Shown here piece after piece: positions 44,101 through 44,495 of a stretch of 44,495 bases of DNA. The position numbers were made by a program, and so were the translations under genes. The notes under the pieces are model-generated. The model was not told the origin of the DNA. It saw only the letters and a program-made list of their open reading frames with translations, and ran no database searches. The stretch comes from an uncultured Gammaproteobacteria bacterium (GTDB lineage Bacteria; Patescibacteriota; Patescibacteriia; UBA9934; GWF2-40-263), in assembly GCA_964359095.1 (NCBI GenBank), contig CAYHRJ010000002.1, forward strand, positions 1 to 44,495, written 5' to 3'. How positions within the stretch are numbered: position 1 is the first letter of the stretch; every line of letters begins with the position of its first letter.

Positions 44101-44495
44101 TCAGGCACAGGTGGTATCGACATCCTCTCAGGTGGAGTCTTCTCCATCGACGGAGTCTCTGCTTCAAACCTCTCTGTCACCTCTAACCTTGCTGCGGAAG
44201 ATCTCACCATCTCTCAGATTGGCGCAGTCAATGCCAGCCTGATTCTCTCTGCTGCTGGTACAGCCGAGGACGCCATGCAGATCACCACAACGGCTGGCGG
44301 TCTCAACATCTCCGTCACAGGTGATCTCGCTGGTGAAGACTTGGACATCACAGCTATTGGTACAGCAACCGAGATTCGTGTGACTGGAGCTTCCACAGAA
44401 GCCGACGCCATCATCGTGGACGCCACAGCTGGAGGAGTCATCATCGACTCTGGCTTAGCTGCAGCTGACTCGCTCTTGCTTCGTGCAACAGGTGG
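41119..44495 (+). CDS. Giant secreted Thr/Ala/Gly/Asp-rich repeat protein (adhesin or fibre-like), 3' end beyond the window
   Basis: Hand translation of all 1125 codons from ATG 41119 shows no stop. There is a signal peptide (MRTAKLILHSIVMISMVFSTLAIALVAATSTAQA), then low-complexity T/A/G/D repeats. It is missing from the ORF track because no stop lies in the window. All long minus-strand ORFs here are antisense shadows. Confidence 0.8.
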   Translation, partial: MRTAKLILHSIVMISMVFSTLAIALVAATSTAQAQVPTSIGYNGRLFNASGTALTGTYFFWVDLENTLTGGTVVTGNIQALNFLATPTASITVTNGFFSVQIPLGASLSDFSDNLFLELKVHTADVVGSAETLSPRVEITKTPYSIFTQAIEAAATAPTDDTFDGRLFYDTAADKIRFYDGDTWNFVEGITDTATLTLDNAAATAVNIGAGAVAKTVTIGNGTGATSVVLNAGTGALNIGTNAIAHTVTLGNTTGATAVQVNTGSGGFGVDGPEFDITPGTGAITINDSADAGALLVEGSNFDINSLDFVGTGAITSAATTALSLTSGTTGAVSVDSGSTGAVNLGTGAAAKTITLGNAASTEAEVNALLVDINGGTGGVLIDGGAASNFTTSVGALTLSTTAGGTSSSVILRSVDTSSDAIFLDADGAAGAGITLDAYDATSNTTGAILMEGAYVQIDTFNSNGLNSSGFDVNVGDSGTISLTTTSGAVSLTAGGGSNVTLTSASGGVSFDTQTADQTIRVGTSNVDRNINIGTTTGADTITLGDATGADTFNFLSGVSTSGDVVDVTFASLTTNDAFDIDTAAITTGDVFDITSGTVRTSGSALHITDDSLAAAVTGDLIQIDVAGSKDTNTLDIDVSHATLVATGNELDITYSGAAHTGNAVDLNMGTNVAGDAINITTATTSGQAIQVDASAALTADLITIASLLTGDTVGVDALSITMTASDQTNRVNALINGTMTAAGTAAGDIVIGLLLDHAGTTAGTDAAIDIEGTTAWDADLNLQNDLTMTNSDDNDLTLTENSLSLNLDFGEATASTIEGSTASSLTLTSSNAAADALLLRATGGTLATAHLTSNGTGTASVDIDATGVGGDIDIDSADAITIDATTSFSIDGTGTSSNLTLTSNGAADDLTIALAGVFNSSLILSSAGTDADAMQITTTAGGMDISVTGDLAGEDLDITTVGATTEMRLTSASTTADSIAIQAVTTTAGIDIDSGTGGIDILSGGVFSIDGVSASNLSVTSNLAAEDLTISQIGAVNASLILSAAGTAEDAMQITTTAGGLNISVTGDLAGEDLDITAIGTATEIRVTGASTEADAIIVDATAGGVIIDSGLAAADSLLLRATG
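43783..44495 (+). repeat. Tandem coding repeats of about 354-357 bp, within a higher-order repeat of about 843 bp
   Basis: atgcagat..tccgtcacaggtgatctcgctggtgaagacttggacatcaca at 43921 recurs at 44275 (a 42-nt identical stretch). The ALLLRATGG-coding segment at about 43621 recurs at about 44464. Confidence 0.75.

Noticed and set aside
40974-44444. Seven minus-strand ORFs of 62-189 aa (40974-41540, 41413-41898, 41895-42464, 42669-42902, 43467-43655, 43668-44210, 44214-44444)
   Set aside because: All lie antisense to the continuous plus-strand frame that starts at 41119. Their products are low-complexity mirror images (Ser/Val/Ala/Pro-rich) of the Thr/Ala/Gly/Asp repeats. They tile with gaps and overlaps and lack start contexts.
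1-44495. Alternative genetic code (UGA recoding) or a programmed frameshift as needed to explain the gene structure
   Set aside because: All recognisable genes are full length under the standard code, with TAA/TAG/TGA all used as stops at expected positions. No conserved domain is interrupted.

Overview
The window is a 44.5-kb bacterial segment using the standard genetic code. Genes are tightly packed, often with ATGA or other short overlaps. The gene content and surface-protein load suggest an uncultivated small-genome lineage (possibly CPR/Patescibacteria-like), but that placement is only a guess. Layout: (1) 1-8.8 kb holds uvrA inside accessory DNA: an RHH/RelE toxin-antitoxin cassette bracketed by 18-bp direct repeats, an ORF6N gene, a secreted propeller-like protein, a visibly GC-rich island of four small lipoprotein/membrane genes with cassette-like repeats, and a DUF4258/DUF2283 pair. 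(2) 8.8-14.7 kb is housekeeping: rplS, gmk, an RluD-like synthase, tRNA-Val(GAC), an unusual tRNA-Ile(UAU), membrane proteins and a CCA-adding/poly(A) polymerase family enzyme. (3) 14.8-36.6 kb is a roughly 22-kb Wzx/Wzy-type glycan locus. It has five GT4 and one GT2 glycosyltransferases, six SAM methyltransferases (one TylF-type), a NodU/CmcH carbamoyltransferase with small membrane partners (one 55-aa gene is missing from the ORF track), an SGNH hydrolase, an epimerase, two tandem O-antigen-ligase/TPR paralogs and a priming sugar transferase. (4) 36.6 kb to the end is a surface module: cohesin-like repeat protein, dockerin-bearing Cys-rich protein, membrane-anchored cohesin-like protein, each separated by long unusual hairpins. 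It is followed by a giant Thr/Ala/Gly/Asp-rich repeat ORF (41119 to beyond 44495) that the ORF track omits because it has no stop in the window. The best candidate for a novel system is this enzyme-free cohesin-dockerin display module with its periodic intercistronic hairpins. The GC-rich cassette island and the heavily methylating/carbamoylating glycan locus come next.
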